Positions 36,058 through 45,788 of a stretch of 64,000 nucleotides of DNA are shown piece after piece. The stretch lies in contig CATMOE010000003.1 of NCBI GenBank assembly GCA_950072105.1, positions 76,938-140,937 of the forward strand, written 5' to 3'. The stretch is from an uncultured Dehalococcoidia bacterium. GTDB lineage: Bacteria > Chloroflexota > Dehalococcoidia > Lucifugimonadales > UBA3495. Each line of letters begins with the position of its first letter. The stretch's first letter is position 1. The notes below the pieces were generated by a model that was given only the letters and a program-made list of their open reading frames with translations, made no database searches and had not been told where the DNA came from. Both the position numbers and the translations under genes were made by a program.

Positions 36058-36930
36058 ATGGCCGCAACATCCGTTGAGATAGGGTATCGGGAAAGCCGTG
36101 AGATTACTCGCCGTGAAGCCAAGAACTTCTACTACGCCTTCTTGACCTTGCCCCAGGAGCGCCGCCGGGCCATCTACGTGGCCTACGCCTTTTGCCGCTA
36201 TTGCGACGATGCCGTTGACTCCGCGGAGTCCGTCGATCAAAAAACGGCCACGCTGCAATCACTCCACGCCAGCTTGAGCGATGCCTATACCGGACGCACC
36301 AACGATCCCTTGTTCCTGGCCCTGGCCGACGTGGCAGACCGCCACGATATCCCCGAGGAATACTTTAAACAGGTGATACATGGCGTCGAATCGGACCTTA
36401 CCAAGGTCAGGTACCGGGACTTTGAAGAGTTGCGGACCTACTGCTACCAGGTCGCTTCGGTTGTGGGTCTGATCTGCTTGCAGATCTTCGGCTACAAAGA
36501 CGACAGAGCCAGGGAGCATGCGATCGACCTTGGGTTGGCGATGCAACTCACCAACATAACCCGCGATATTCAGGAAGACCTAGAACTTGGCCGGATCTAC
36601 CTTCCACAAGATGAGATTGCTCGATTCGGTTATTCTGAGGAAGCGATGGAGGCCGGCATCGTCAACGAATCGTTCATAAATCTGATGAGATTTCAGGCAG
36701 AAAGGGCAAGGGGTTACTTCGACAGCGGCTTTAAGTTGCTCCCGTATCTGTCGCCCCGCTCCCGGGCCTGCCCCGCCGTCATGGGCCAGCTTTATAGCAA
36801 GGTGTTGCAACGCATTGAAGAAGCCAAATTCGATGTATTCCAGCATAGAATAAGCCTCAGTAAATCCGAAAAACTTCGGGTCACGGCCCAGACTTGGTTC
36901 ACAAGTATGTTGCCATCGAGCCCCAGGTGA
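36058..36930 (+). CDS. hpnD: Squalene/phytoene synthase family, HpnD-like
   Basis: Motifs 'AKNFYYAFLTLP', 'YAFCRYCDDAVD', 'YCYQVASVVG' and 'QLTNITRDIQED..LGRIYLP'. Confidence 0.8.
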   Translation: MAATSVEIGYRESREITRREAKNFYYAFLTLPQERRRAIYVAYAFCRYCDDAVDSAESVDQKTATLQSLHASLSDAYTGRTNDPLFLALADVADRHDIPEEYFKQVIHGVESDLTKVRYRDFEELRTYCYQVASVVGLICLQIFGYKDDRAREHAIDLGLAMQLTNITRDIQEDLELGRIYLPQDEIARFGYSEEAMEAGIVNESFINLMRFQAERARGYFDSGFKLLPYLSPRSRACPAVMGQLYSKVLQRIEEAKFDVFQHRISLSKSEKLRVTAQTWFTSMLPSSPR

Positions 36931-36958
36931 CCGTTGCGGCCGGAATCATGGCTGTCTC

Positions 36959-37963
36959 ATGAAAGCTCTGGTCCTGGCTCCGATGACGGAAGAGCACCTG
37001 GCCCGCTTAAAAGAATTGATGCCGGTAACCTACGAAAGCTGGACCGATACCCGCCGACTGGCGGACCCGGAAGAACTGGCGCGCCGGATCAAGACCGAGT
37101 GCTTCTCTGTTCTGGCGGTCGAGGCCGATTTTCTGCCCGAAGAGTTGTTTCAACAAGCCGGCGGTCTCCGGTTGGTGGCCGTTTGCCGTAACAGCCTGTC
37201 CCACGTAGACATGGCGGCCGCCACCGGCCATGGCGTAGCGGTGATCCACACTCCGGGCCGAAATACTCAGGCGGTTGCTGAGTTGACCATCGGTATGATG
37301 CTGAGTCTAGCCCGCCGGATAACCAGCCTGGATGTTTGTGTGAAAGAAGGGCGGTGGCAGATGCCGGCGGAGCCTTATATACAGGCACATATGCAGGCCG
37401 GCGAATTGGCCGGCAAGACCCTTGGCATCCTCGGACTGGGAAATATCGGCCTCAAGGTTGCCCAGTTGGCCCGCGCCTTCGGCATGCGAATTGTGGCCTA
37501 CGACCCGTACATCGAATCGTCGCCTCAAGAATGCCCCAGCGTGACCCTTTACCCCACGGTTGCCGAGTTGGTCCATGATGCCGACTACTTATCCGTACAC
37601 GTTCCCGATGTTCCCGCCACCAAGGATCTGCTTAGCCGGTCCGTCTTGGCGGAACTCAAACCGGGCTGCCGCATCATCAACACCAGTTCCTACGATGCCG
37701 TAGACGAGGCAACTCTGGTGGAATGTCTGCGATCCGGCCTCGTGGGTGGGGCCGCTTTTGATGTGTTTCCCACCCACCCTCTGCCTCCCAACAGCCCTTT
37801 ATTGGCCTTGGACAACGTGGTGTTGACCCCGCATATCGGTGGAGCCACCCTGGAAACCGTCGCCCGCCACTCGGAAATGATCGTCCAGGACATCGAACGT
37901 TTCGTCCAAGGGCGAAAGCCCAAGCGGTTGGTTAACCCGGAAGTTTGGGTTCGATTTGAATAG
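36959..37963 (+). CDS. D-isomer-specific 2-hydroxyacid dehydrogenase (SerA-like, no ACT)
   Basis: Motifs 'TPGRNTQAVAE', 'GILGLGNIG' and 'TPHIGGAT'. The usual 'N..RG' and 'E-P' residues are substituted (NTSSY, THPL). Confidence 0.8.
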   Translation: MKALVLAPMTEEHLARLKELMPVTYESWTDTRRLADPEELARRIKTECFSVLAVEADFLPEELFQQAGGLRLVAVCRNSLSHVDMAAATGHGVAVIHTPGRNTQAVAELTIGMMLSLARRITSLDVCVKEGRWQMPAEPYIQAHMQAGELAGKTLGILGLGNIGLKVAQLARAFGMRIVAYDPYIESSPQECPSVTLYPTVAELVHDADYLSVHVPDVPATKDLLSRSVLAELKPGCRIINTSSYDAVDEATLVECLRSGLVGGAAFDVFPTHPLPPNSPLLALDNVVLTPHIGGATLETVARHSEMIVQDIERFVQGRKPKRLVNPEVWVRFE

Positions 37964-39455
37964 ATACGTACTGAGCCTTGACCTGGGTACTTCTTCGGCC
38001 CACGCTATTTTGGTAGACCGCGTCGGCCGTCCGGTGGCCGGGTCTCACGCTGCGCTACGGTATCATCGTCCGCAAGACGGCTCCGACTTGGCCAAAGAGT
38101 TTCACCCCATCGAAGTCATGGATGCCGTTGGAGAAGCGGTGGGCAAGACCCTACGGAAGGGTGGGGTCTCACCCAAACAGGTGTGCGCTGTTGGCATAAC
38201 TAGCCAGGGCCAGGGCGCGGTCCTCATGGGACTCGAAAACCGCGAATTGTGCTGCTGCCCCAACATCGACCTACGGGCGGTATTCGAAGGAGCTGCCCTG
38301 GACGATGAAGCCGGCTCCGAGATATATGCCACCACAGGCCACTTCCCGTCCCTCCTGTTGGCGCCGGCCCGGCTAAGATGGTTTCAGGCCCACCGTCCGG
38401 ATCTGATGGAATCGGCCAGTTCGGTCGTTTCCGTCGCAGGATGGTTGGGTCACCGGCTGACTGGAGAGATCGCTTCAGAGGCCGGTCTGGATTGCACCTT
38501 AGGCTTGATCGACCTATCTACCCGGCGGCACGCTCTTCCGCTGCTTAACCGGCTGAAATTTCCCGTTGAATTGCTGCCCCCGGTACTCGGCTCCGGAGAG
38601 CGGCTGGGCTGTCTCCGGCCGGAATTGGCGGAGAAATGGGGGCTACCCGGCGGTTTGCCGGTTACATTGGCCGGAGCCGACACTCAATGTGGCTTGTTGG
38701 GCTTGGGTGTAACCAAGCCCGGCCAAGCCGGCGCGGTACTGGGGTGGAGCGGCAGCGTGCACATGGTGATGCCGGAACCCATGCTGGACTTGGAGGCCAG
38801 ACGTACTTGGAGTAGCTGTTACTCCGTTGACAGCATGTATACCGTTGAAGCCAATCTGGGCGATTGCGGCCACGCCTTTAATTGGCTGGCCCGCACCTTG
38901 TCCGGTGGTCAGCTTTCCCTTGAGGATGCAGATCGCTTGGCGGAGCAAGCCCCTCTTGGCGGAGACGGCGTCCTGGCTTTCTTGGGTCCCGGTCCTCTGA
39001 GCGCCCCCAACGCCGGACTTCGGATGGGTGGCATAATCATGCCCACCCCGTTGACTTTTCAAGAACCGACGACCGGCCAGATACTCCGCAGCTACTTGGA
39101 GAGTGTGGCCTACAGCATCAAAGCCAATATGGACACCATCTCGGAAGTCACCGGCCGTCGGGCTCCTTACCTGTGCTTGGGAGGCAGCATGTCAAAGAGC
39201 GGCGTGCTAGCCGGCGCCTTGGCAAGTGTCCTTGAGATTCCGGTGCGACGCGCTCGAGACAGCCAAGTCAGCGCCGTGGGCGCCGCCGCCGCCGCCTGGG
39301 TTTCGGCCGGAGACTTTTCTTCTTTGGAAGATTCGGTGGAAGGGCAACAACCCGATCTCGAGGAATTTCTTCCCCAGCCGATCCAAACGGCCGAATACCT
39401 AGATCACTACCACCGGTGGCTGGAAACGTTTCACAGTCTCGCTCCGGAACAATGA
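37956..39455 (+). CDS. FGGY-family carbohydrate kinase (LsrK/xylulokinase-like)
   Basis: Motifs 'LSLDLGTSS', 'GITSQ', 'AGADTQCG' and 'YLESVAY'; overlaps the upstream gene. Confidence 0.85.
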   Translation: MNRYVLSLDLGTSSAHAILVDRVGRPVAGSHAALRYHRPQDGSDLAKEFHPIEVMDAVGEAVGKTLRKGGVSPKQVCAVGITSQGQGAVLMGLENRELCCCPNIDLRAVFEGAALDDEAGSEIYATTGHFPSLLLAPARLRWFQAHRPDLMESASSVVSVAGWLGHRLTGEIASEAGLDCTLGLIDLSTRRHALPLLNRLKFPVELLPPVLGSGERLGCLRPELAEKWGLPGGLPVTLAGADTQCGLLGLGVTKPGQAGAVLGWSGSVHMVMPEPMLDLEARRTWSSCYSVDSMYTVEANLGDCGHAFNWLARTLSGGQLSLEDADRLAEQAPLGGDGVLAFLGPGPLSAPNAGLRMGGIIMPTPLTFQEPTTGQILRSYLESVAYSIKANMDTISEVTGRRAPYLCLGGSMSKSGVLAGALASVLEIPVRRARDSQVSAVGAAAAAWVSAGDFSSLEDSVEGQQPDLEEFLPQPIQTAEYLDHYHRWLETFHSLAPEQ

Positions 39456-39616
39456 ACGGCAGCGTCGGCGGCAGCATAGCCTGATTTCTGACGACAACGG
39501 AATCCTCTGAACTTGCCCAATGACGCCCTAACCCCTTCCAAAAGGCTTTACAATACCACCTGGGAACCGACTTGCCGGTTGCTTCCCGAAAACCCACCAA
39601 GGCGAGGTATCCCGAC

Positions 39617-40321
39617 TTGGACAAATGGCAATCTCAGCGTGAGGAACTCCACGCGGCAACCGTCGAGATGTACCGGCGTGGGCTGGTCGGCGCATTAAGC
39701 GGTAACGCCAGCTTGCGCTTGGAGGGGAGATCAGGTGAGGGCCTGCTGTTGGTCACGCCCACCCAGTTGCCTTACTATCACCTCAAGCCAGAAGACTTGG
39801 TCGTCGTTGACCTGAATGGAGAGTTGATAGGCGAAGGGTTGGCGCCCTCGTCGGAAACGGCCATGCATCTGGAGATATACCGGCAACGAGAGGACGTGGG
39901 TGCGATTATCCATACGCACTCGATCTCGGCATCAGCTGCGGCGGTGGCCGGACGGGAGATTCCCGCGATTCTAGACGAAATGGTCTATCACATCGGCGGC
40001 GGTGTTCCCATCGGTGATTACGCTTTCCCAGGCTCGGAGGAGCTGGCCAAAGTGGCTTGCGAGACCATGGGAGACCGCAACGCCGTGCTTTTGCGGAATC
40101 ATGGCGTCTTGGGAGTTGGGCCCGGAGTTTGGGAGGCGCTGGAGGCCTGCGATCTGGTCGAGCGCGCCGCCCAGATCTTCGTTCTGGCCCAATCCTTCGG
40201 CACCGGTGGGGCTAACCCCCTGCCCCCGGATATAATAACTGCCGAACAAGAACTTTTTCAGATGAAGCGTCGAATGTCTTTAGATCTGAAACGCCAGGGC
40301 CCAGAGCGGAGCCAATCGTAG
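39617..40321 (+). CDS. Class II aldolase/adducin family (FucA-like)
   Basis: Motifs 'SGNASLR', 'PSSETAMHLEIY', 'IIHTHS' and 'LRNHG'. Probable TTG start at 39617 after GAGGT. Confidence 0.88.
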   Translation: MDKWQSQREELHAATVEMYRRGLVGALSGNASLRLEGRSGEGLLLVTPTQLPYYHLKPEDLVVVDLNGELIGEGLAPSSETAMHLEIYRQREDVGAIIHTHSISASAAAVAGREIPAILDEMVYHIGGGVPIGDYAFPGSEELAKVACETMGDRNAVLLRNHGVLGVGPGVWEALEACDLVERAAQIFVLAQSFGTGGANPLPPDIITAEQELFQMKRRMSLDLKRQGPERSQS

Positions 40322-40357
40322 ACCGTCCCATTCCACACCAACAATGAGGAACCTTTA

Positions 40358-40747
40358 ATGCTCTCCGTGCCCAGTTTTTTACTCAGGAAACTATATGTGA
40401 AGGATAGCCTGCAAAACACCTCTAAAGGCATCTCCTTCCGGTTGCGCAACTCCTTGGGTTCTGGTTATGCCGAGCAGATGTCGCCGTTAACTTTGGACGG
40501 CCGGGAAATTCCTTTGGAAGACACCTTCTTCTTTGTAGACAGCGAACCAAGGAGTTTCGACACGGTTTCCAAGGATAGTCCCTTTTGTCTCCTGTTGAAC
40601 CAGGACACTGTGATTACCGTGGAGCACGTTTCACTGAGCCCGGAACCGCATAAGGTAGGTATGGGTTTTAAGGTTCCGGGACTGGGAATGCTACGGTTCG
40701 ACTTTATTGACCAGCCTCTTCCCGGTGACCAACCTGAGGCTGATTGA
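40358..40747 (+). CDS. Hypothetical beta-rich protein
   Basis: Motif 'VPSFLLRKLYVKDSLQN...FRLRNSLGSGYA'; GAGG RBS; within the operon. Confidence 0.7.
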   Translation: MLSVPSFLLRKLYVKDSLQNTSKGISFRLRNSLGSGYAEQMSPLTLDGREIPLEDTFFFVDSEPRSFDTVSKDSPFCLLLNQDTVITVEHVSLSPEPHKVGMGFKVPGLGMLRFDFIDQPLPGDQPEAD

Positions 40748-40754
40748 AGGCTGA

Positions 40755-41732
40755 TTGATGGAACGATCACCCAAATCAGTTGCCGTTACCGGGGCGTCCG
40801 GGTACGTGGGGGCCAGGCTTCTTAGAAAGCTGGAAGACGAAGAGGGCATCAGCAAACTGGTGGCTTTCGACACCCTTCCACCCGTCGCTCCGATCCGTAA
40901 CATGGCCGCCTATCGTATGGACGTCACCAAGCCCATCGACGAGGCGCTGGCTCACCATAACGTTTCAACTTTGGTCCACCTGGCGTTTATTCCAAGGCGG
41001 GGCCGCAACCGCCGCGAGGTTGAATCCATCCGCCAGACCAATCTTGATGCGTTGAGTGCGGTATTGGAGTCTTGCGCGCGTGCCGGAGTCAATCACATCG
41101 TTTATCTAAGTTCCCACACCGTCTATGGCGCGCATGCCGACAATCCCATTCCCTTGACCGACGCGGCGCCTTTGCGTCCTTTGCCAGATTTTCCTTACGG
41201 TTACGACAAGTTCCTGTCGGAGCAGATGCTGCAGGAATTCCAGGAGACCCATCCAGACATAGCGGTCACGATTCTACGGTCTTGCATGGTTCTCGGCCCT
41301 TCCGCCGGGAACTACATTACCAAAGCCTTCTTCCGGCCCTGGTTGCTGGGGGTCCTAGACGACAATCCGCCGCTACAGTTCGTCTACGAGGATGATCTGG
41401 CCCGAGTCCTGACCATTGTCGTTCAACGGAGTCTCCCCGGTGTGTACAACGTAGCCGGCGACGGTGTGGTCTTTTACAGAGAGTTAGCCGAAATAATCAA
41501 AAGCAAGCTTATTAATCTACCTGCATTCCTCGCTTATGGCCTGGTCCAGCTAACATGGAACCTGCACATCCAAAGGGAATCCACGGCAAGCGGATTAGAT
41601 CTGGTGAGATATCCCATGGTGCTCAGCACCGGCAAGTTAAATAAAGCCACGGGATACCGGTTCTGGCATACTTCCCTTGAAACCTTGTCCGCCTTCGCGA
41701 ACTCTAGCCTGTTATATCAGGACTCGGCTTGA
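40755..41732 (+). CDS. NAD-dependent epimerase/dehydratase (extended SDR)
   Basis: Motifs 'VTGASGYVG', 'SSHTVYG', 'YGYDK' and 'YNVAGDG'. Confidence 0.88.
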   Translation: MMERSPKSVAVTGASGYVGARLLRKLEDEEGISKLVAFDTLPPVAPIRNMAAYRMDVTKPIDEALAHHNVSTLVHLAFIPRRGRNRREVESIRQTNLDALSAVLESCARAGVNHIVYLSSHTVYGAHADNPIPLTDAAPLRPLPDFPYGYDKFLSEQMLQEFQETHPDIAVTILRSCMVLGPSAGNYITKAFFRPWLLGVLDDNPPLQFVYEDDLARVLTIVVQRSLPGVYNVAGDGVVFYRELAEIIKSKLINLPAFLAYGLVQLTWNLHIQRESTASGLDLVRYPMVLSTGKLNKATGYRFWHTSLETLSAFANSSLLYQDSA

Positions 41733-42664
41733 CGGATATCCCGGCTAAAAAGGTAATAATCGACACCGATCCGGGTGTTGACGACGCCATCGCCATCTTG
41801 ATGGCCTTAAGGTATTCTTCGCTCCAGGTGCTAGGCCTGACCACCGTGGGCGGCAACGTGCCGTTGGCCCGGGGCACACGCAATGCGTTGGCTTTGTTGG
41901 AATACGCGGGCCGCACCGAAATACCCGTGTCCCGCGGCAGCGCGCTCCCTATTCGCGGCCAATATGGGTATTCGTTCCCGGTCCATGGCGCCAGCGGGCT
42001 AACCAGAAGACTGCCCAACCCATCCTCCCGGCCCATCGACCAACGAGCGGTGGACTTTCTGGCCGGCGAGCTTGGCAAACAGCCCGGAGAGACCCTCCTG
42101 ATCGCCCTGGGCCCACTGACCAATCTGGCCAACCTGCTAACCAGGTATCCGGGATCTTTGGAACAGGCGTCCGGCTTGGTCGTCATGGGTGGAGCCGTCG
42201 ACGTTCCCGGCAACGTAACCGGCCATGCGGAATTCAACTTCTACAGCGACCCTGAGGCTGCCAGGATGGTCCTGTCGTCGGGGGTCCCCTTAACCTTGAT
42301 CGATCTAGCCGCCAGCCGGCAGGTAGCGATCGATCGGCAAACCACGAGAGAGTTGAAGCCACGGAATAATCTGGGGGCGCTGGCCGCCCAATTGCTGAAT
42401 AACTGGTTCCGGCGTGATTCCGGGCGGCAGAGGTTTTTCTTTCACGACCCACTGGCCATGGCGGTGGCGTTGGACCTGGATATCGTCAATACACAGAACG
42501 TCCAAGTGGCCGTGGAAACCGCCGACCCAGTCCGGCTGGGTGAATCCAAAATCACCAGCAGACCGGGGCCGGTGGCGGTGGTGCGTCAGGTGGATCAGGA
42601 TGGCTTCTTCAGGCTATTCGACGACTTGATGAGCCCGGATCAAGGCGCGATTCCGGGGCATTGA
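41729..42664 (+). CDS. Nucleoside hydrolase (IUNH family)
   Basis: Motifs 'IIDTDPGVDDAIA', 'VHGASGL', 'LGPLTNLA', 'AEFNFYSDPEAA' and 'HDPLA'. Confidence 0.92.
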   Translation: MTDIPAKKVIIDTDPGVDDAIAILMALRYSSLQVLGLTTVGGNVPLARGTRNALALLEYAGRTEIPVSRGSALPIRGQYGYSFPVHGASGLTRRLPNPSSRPIDQRAVDFLAGELGKQPGETLLIALGPLTNLANLLTRYPGSLEQASGLVVMGGAVDVPGNVTGHAEFNFYSDPEAARMVLSSGVPLTLIDLAASRQVAIDRQTTRELKPRNNLGALAAQLLNNWFRRDSGRQRFFFHDPLAMAVALDLDIVNTQNVQVAVETADPVRLGESKITSRPGPVAVVRQVDQDGFFRLFDDLMSPDQGAIPGH

Positions 42665-42692
42665 TGAATAAGAAAGTCCTCGCACCATCCGC

Positions 42693-43697
42693 TTAGACTT
42701 CCCGAAATTCTCGCTCCTCTTCTTTCAGGTCGAAACCGTGGTGCCACAACTCCAAAATGTAGTCTTGGTCCTGCTTGGTTAAGCCTGGGGTGTCCAACGC
42801 TTGGGTAAACTCATTTAGATCGTCCAGGCTGGTGATGTTGGGTAGGACCGAAACGATGGTGGGCTGGGCCAACACGAAGTTTATGGCCGCTTGACTCATG
42901 GACCGCTCCCCTTCCTGGACTAGAAACTGCACACGTTCCACTTTCAGCATCGACTCTCGCATCCACTCGGCCTTACGCAAGGCACGGTGGTCGTTCTCGT
43001 CGAATTCGGGTATTTCCAGGTGCGCTCCGGTAAGCATGTTTGAAGCGTGGGGCACCCGCGAAAGCAGGCCGATGTTCTCTTCTTTGGCTATGGGGAAGAA
43101 GTCCAGAGCCGGTTCCTGCTCCAGGATGCTGTAGATGATCTGCACGCTGTCCAGATGGCGTTGGCGCATGGACATCTCGCCCTCTTCAAACCAGCCGATG
43201 TCCGGACCGAGAGCGGCGCCGAAGTAGCGGATCTTGCCCTCGTACTGAAGTTGTTCCAGAGTCTCGAAGACTTCATCGCGGTCCAAAGCTTCGGCTTTAG
43301 GGTTGTGCAACTGGTAGAGGTCGATACGGTCGGTGTTCAAACGCCGCAAGCTCTGTTCGCAAGCGAATTTTATAAATTCCTTTTCGAATTTCTGGGGACG
43401 CTCTTGGTGGCCGACGCGGGGCACCGATTTGTCGTAGAAATCGTAGCCGAACTTGGTAGCGATGATTATTTCGTTGCGGCGGTGGCCCATGAACTTGGCC
43501 AAAACCTCTTCTCCGTAGCCTTCGCCATAGGTGTCAGCGGTATCGAAGAAGTTAATACCTAGCTCAAGAGCATTCTCCAGCAGCGCGGACTGTTCGGCTT
43601 CGGTGCGCTTACCCCACCAATCGGTGGCAACGGTCCAAACGCCGAAGCCCACTTCGGAGAGTTCCAGGTCGGTGCGGGGCAGTTTCCGGTATTTCAT
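42693..43697 (-). CDS. Aldo/keto reductase
   Basis: Motifs 'SEVGFGVW', 'FFDTADTYG', 'IATKFG' and '[16 protein letters not shown]'. Start MKYRKL at 43697. Confidence 0.9.
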   Translation of the reverse strand: MKYRKLPRTDLELSEVGFGVWTVATDWWGKRTEAEQSALLENALELGINFFDTADTYGEGYGEEVLAKFMGHRRNEIIIATKFGYDFYDKSVPRVGHQERPQKFEKEFIKFACEQSLRRLNTDRIDLYQLHNPKAEALDRDEVFETLEQLQYEGKIRYFGAALGPDIGWFEEGEMSMRQRHLDSVQIIYSILEQEPALDFFPIAKEENIGLLSRVPHASNMLTGAHLEIPEFDENDHRALRKAEWMRESMLKVERVQFLVQEGERSMSQAAINFVLAQPTIVSVLPNITSLDDLNEFTQALDTPGLTKQDQDYILELWHHGFDLKEEEREFREV

Positions 43698-43862
43698 ATT
43701 CAGTCCTATAGAGGGATATTTCTTAGTTGCGAGAGTCGGACAAAGGCCCGAATCCGAGATTGAAGTGTGATCCACACGATTGCGTAAAATGCCGAGGTAA
43801 TAGGTACGGTAGATTATCTTTGATTCCGGGTCCCTGCATCGCCCGAGTCAGGACAATGGCCG

Positions 43863-44468
43863 CTAAGCTGCGCCTACGGCCATCCCCAAGCTACCTTTGA
43901 TCTCGGCCACCCGGCGTTGGAACTCCTCGTCGGACAGGACCGGTTGGAGTTGGCCCAGGGGCACATCCGCCAAGATATCGACCCAGGAGGTGCAGCCCTT
44001 ATATTCGGGCAGGAAGGGCACGGATACCGGCTGCTCCATCCGGTAAACCCGCAACAGAATAACTGCCAGAGGCAGCATCGGCTTCCAGTGAAACCGGGAT
44101 TGGGCGTATTCTTTGGTCCAGATGTAGTGGGACGACAGGTCGTCCACCTTTTCTTGGTCAGAGATCTCTATAAGTTCTTCTACCCTGGCGTAATGGGAGA
44201 AATTGATCCGGTCCTCGTCCCGGGGCTGGGCCAGCAACTCGCGAAGGGCCGGTTGGCTCTCCGGCTGCAACAGGTCCTCCCGTTGGTGTTCGAACGTGGG
44301 GTAGAGAAGGAACTCGGGATGGATCACCCGGAAATCCTTGCTCTCCTCGTGAATCCCGCCCTTGCGTACCAGCAATGTCTGCTGTCCCAAGGAAAGGGCT
44401 TGTACCGTTACCGCCCACTCTTTCAGGGCCACCTGGCATTGTTTGGGCAACATGATATTTGTCTCCAC
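43863..44468 (-). CDS. DUF1802 family protein
   Basis: Motifs 'ALKEWAV...GQQTLLVRKGGIHE', 'LLYPTFEHQ' and 'YKGCTSWV'. Confidence 0.85.
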   Translation of the reverse strand: METNIMLPKQCQVALKEWAVTVQALSLGQQTLLVRKGGIHEESKDFRVIHPEFLLYPTFEHQREDLLQPESQPALRELLAQPRDEDRINFSHYARVEELIEISDQEKVDDLSSHYIWTKEYAQSRFHWKPMLPLAVILLRVYRMEQPVSVPFLPEYKGCTSWVDILADVPLGQLQPVLSDEEFQRRVAEIKGSLGMAVGAA

Positions 44469-44665
44469 AAGCGCTGATTCACCGCAGTTCGGTTAATGTT
44501 ATCAAGCCCCTTGGTTGAACTCAATCCCCTCATTTCGAGTTGGCCGGCCACCGAGGTACGCCCTCACCCCGGCGTGGCAAACATAGAGCTGATGTAGGTT
44601 TAGCCGGAGCCGCTATGCCCCGGTCGAGAGAGACGATCGATTCCGGTGTAAACCGGCCGCCCTCT

Positions 44666-45463
44666 CTACTTGGACTCTGCCAGGTGTTCCAGGCCCAGTA
44701 ACCGGGTCAGATTGCCAGTGGTTACCTGTGCGACCTCTTCCAGGGTGATTCCCTTCAGATCGGCCAACTGCTGCGCTACCGTAAGCACGTGGTGAGGTTC
44801 GGTCCAGTTGTGGCGGTATTTCTTGAAAGGTTGAGGGGCTGCGTCGGTCTCAAGAACGATATTGTCCAGGGGGATTATCTTGGCCACCTCCTGCAACTCG
44901 GGCAGCCGCAACAACGGCCGGGCCAACGATATAAACATGCCGCAGTCGATGGCTTCCCGGGCGGTGGCCTCATCGCCCTGGAAGTAATGCATGACTCCGC
45001 CCACCTCCTCGGCCTTCTCTTCCCGGAGGGTTTGAAATACCTGGGGGTGGGACTCGCGGGAGTGGAAAATAACCGGCAGTTTGAGGCTGCGGGCCAGGCG
45101 AATGTGCTCGCGGAAGACCTGGTACTGGATCTCGTGGTCCGGAGATTCGGGGAGGAAGTCCAACCCAACCTCGCTGATGCACACCACCTTGGGAGTACTC
45201 TCCGCCAGCGACTTTAATTCCTCGTAGGTTTCCTCATCGACGATCTTATCGGCGTGCATCGGATGTATCCCGACGCCGGCGTACAGCATGTCGTATTGCT
45301 CCGACATCTGTATGCAGTCTCTGGTGGACTTAAGAGTCGTCCCGGCGCAGACCGCGAACCCAACCTCTGCTTCCCGCGCCCGCTCCAATATCTCGGGAAT
45401 CTCTGCGGCCGGGTAGTGGTCCAGATGGGTGTGGCAGTCGCCTAAAATGAGCTTATTCGCCAT
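44666..45463 (-). CDS. tatD: TatD family hydrolase
   Basis: Motifs 'DCHTHLD', 'GIHP', 'SEVGLD', 'FHSRE', 'MHYFQG' and 'LETDA'. Confidence 0.9.
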   Translation of the reverse strand: MANKLILGDCHTHLDHYPAAEIPEILERAREAEVGFAVCAGTTLKSTRDCIQMSEQYDMLYAGVGIHPMHADKIVDEETYEELKSLAESTPKVVCISEVGLDFLPESPDHEIQYQVFREHIRLARSLKLPVIFHSRESHPQVFQTLREEKAEEVGGVMHYFQGDEATAREAIDCGMFISLARPLLRLPELQEVAKIIPLDNIVLETDAAPQPFKKYRHNWTEPHHVLTVAQQLADLKGITLEEVAQVTTGNLTRLLGLEHLAESK

Positions 45464-45652
45464 TTCATTTGCCCCGCGGATCGGTATTTTTCGGCGGTGT
45501 CATGCCAACGCGTTTACACTATACCACCAGCCCTCCGGAGGTTTTCAGATCCTTGTCGTTTGTTTATTAGGAATGCTGGTGTAGGGAAATTTGGGACGTC
45601 CGCCGAGTCGTTGTGAAGTCGTCCGTTTCATGGGCCAGTGCGGCGAAAATCG

Positions 45653-45708
45653 TTGACACCAGGCTCAAAATGGTGCTAGAATAATTGTTGACCAATTTAG
45701 TCAACAAT
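45653..45708 (+). promoter_or_regulatory. suf promoter with overlapping inverted-repeat operator
   Basis: TTGACA 45653-58, 18-bp spacer, extended TG-C-TAGAAT 45677-82, then the perfect IR ATTGTTGAC-N7-GTCAACAAT (45684-45708). Confidence 0.7.
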
Positions 45709-45788
45709 GTTAATATCTTGCGGGTCTGGCCGTTGGCTGGGACCCGCTCTCCCGTACCTAATTTCGAGGGAACTCGGAGGCCTGATTA

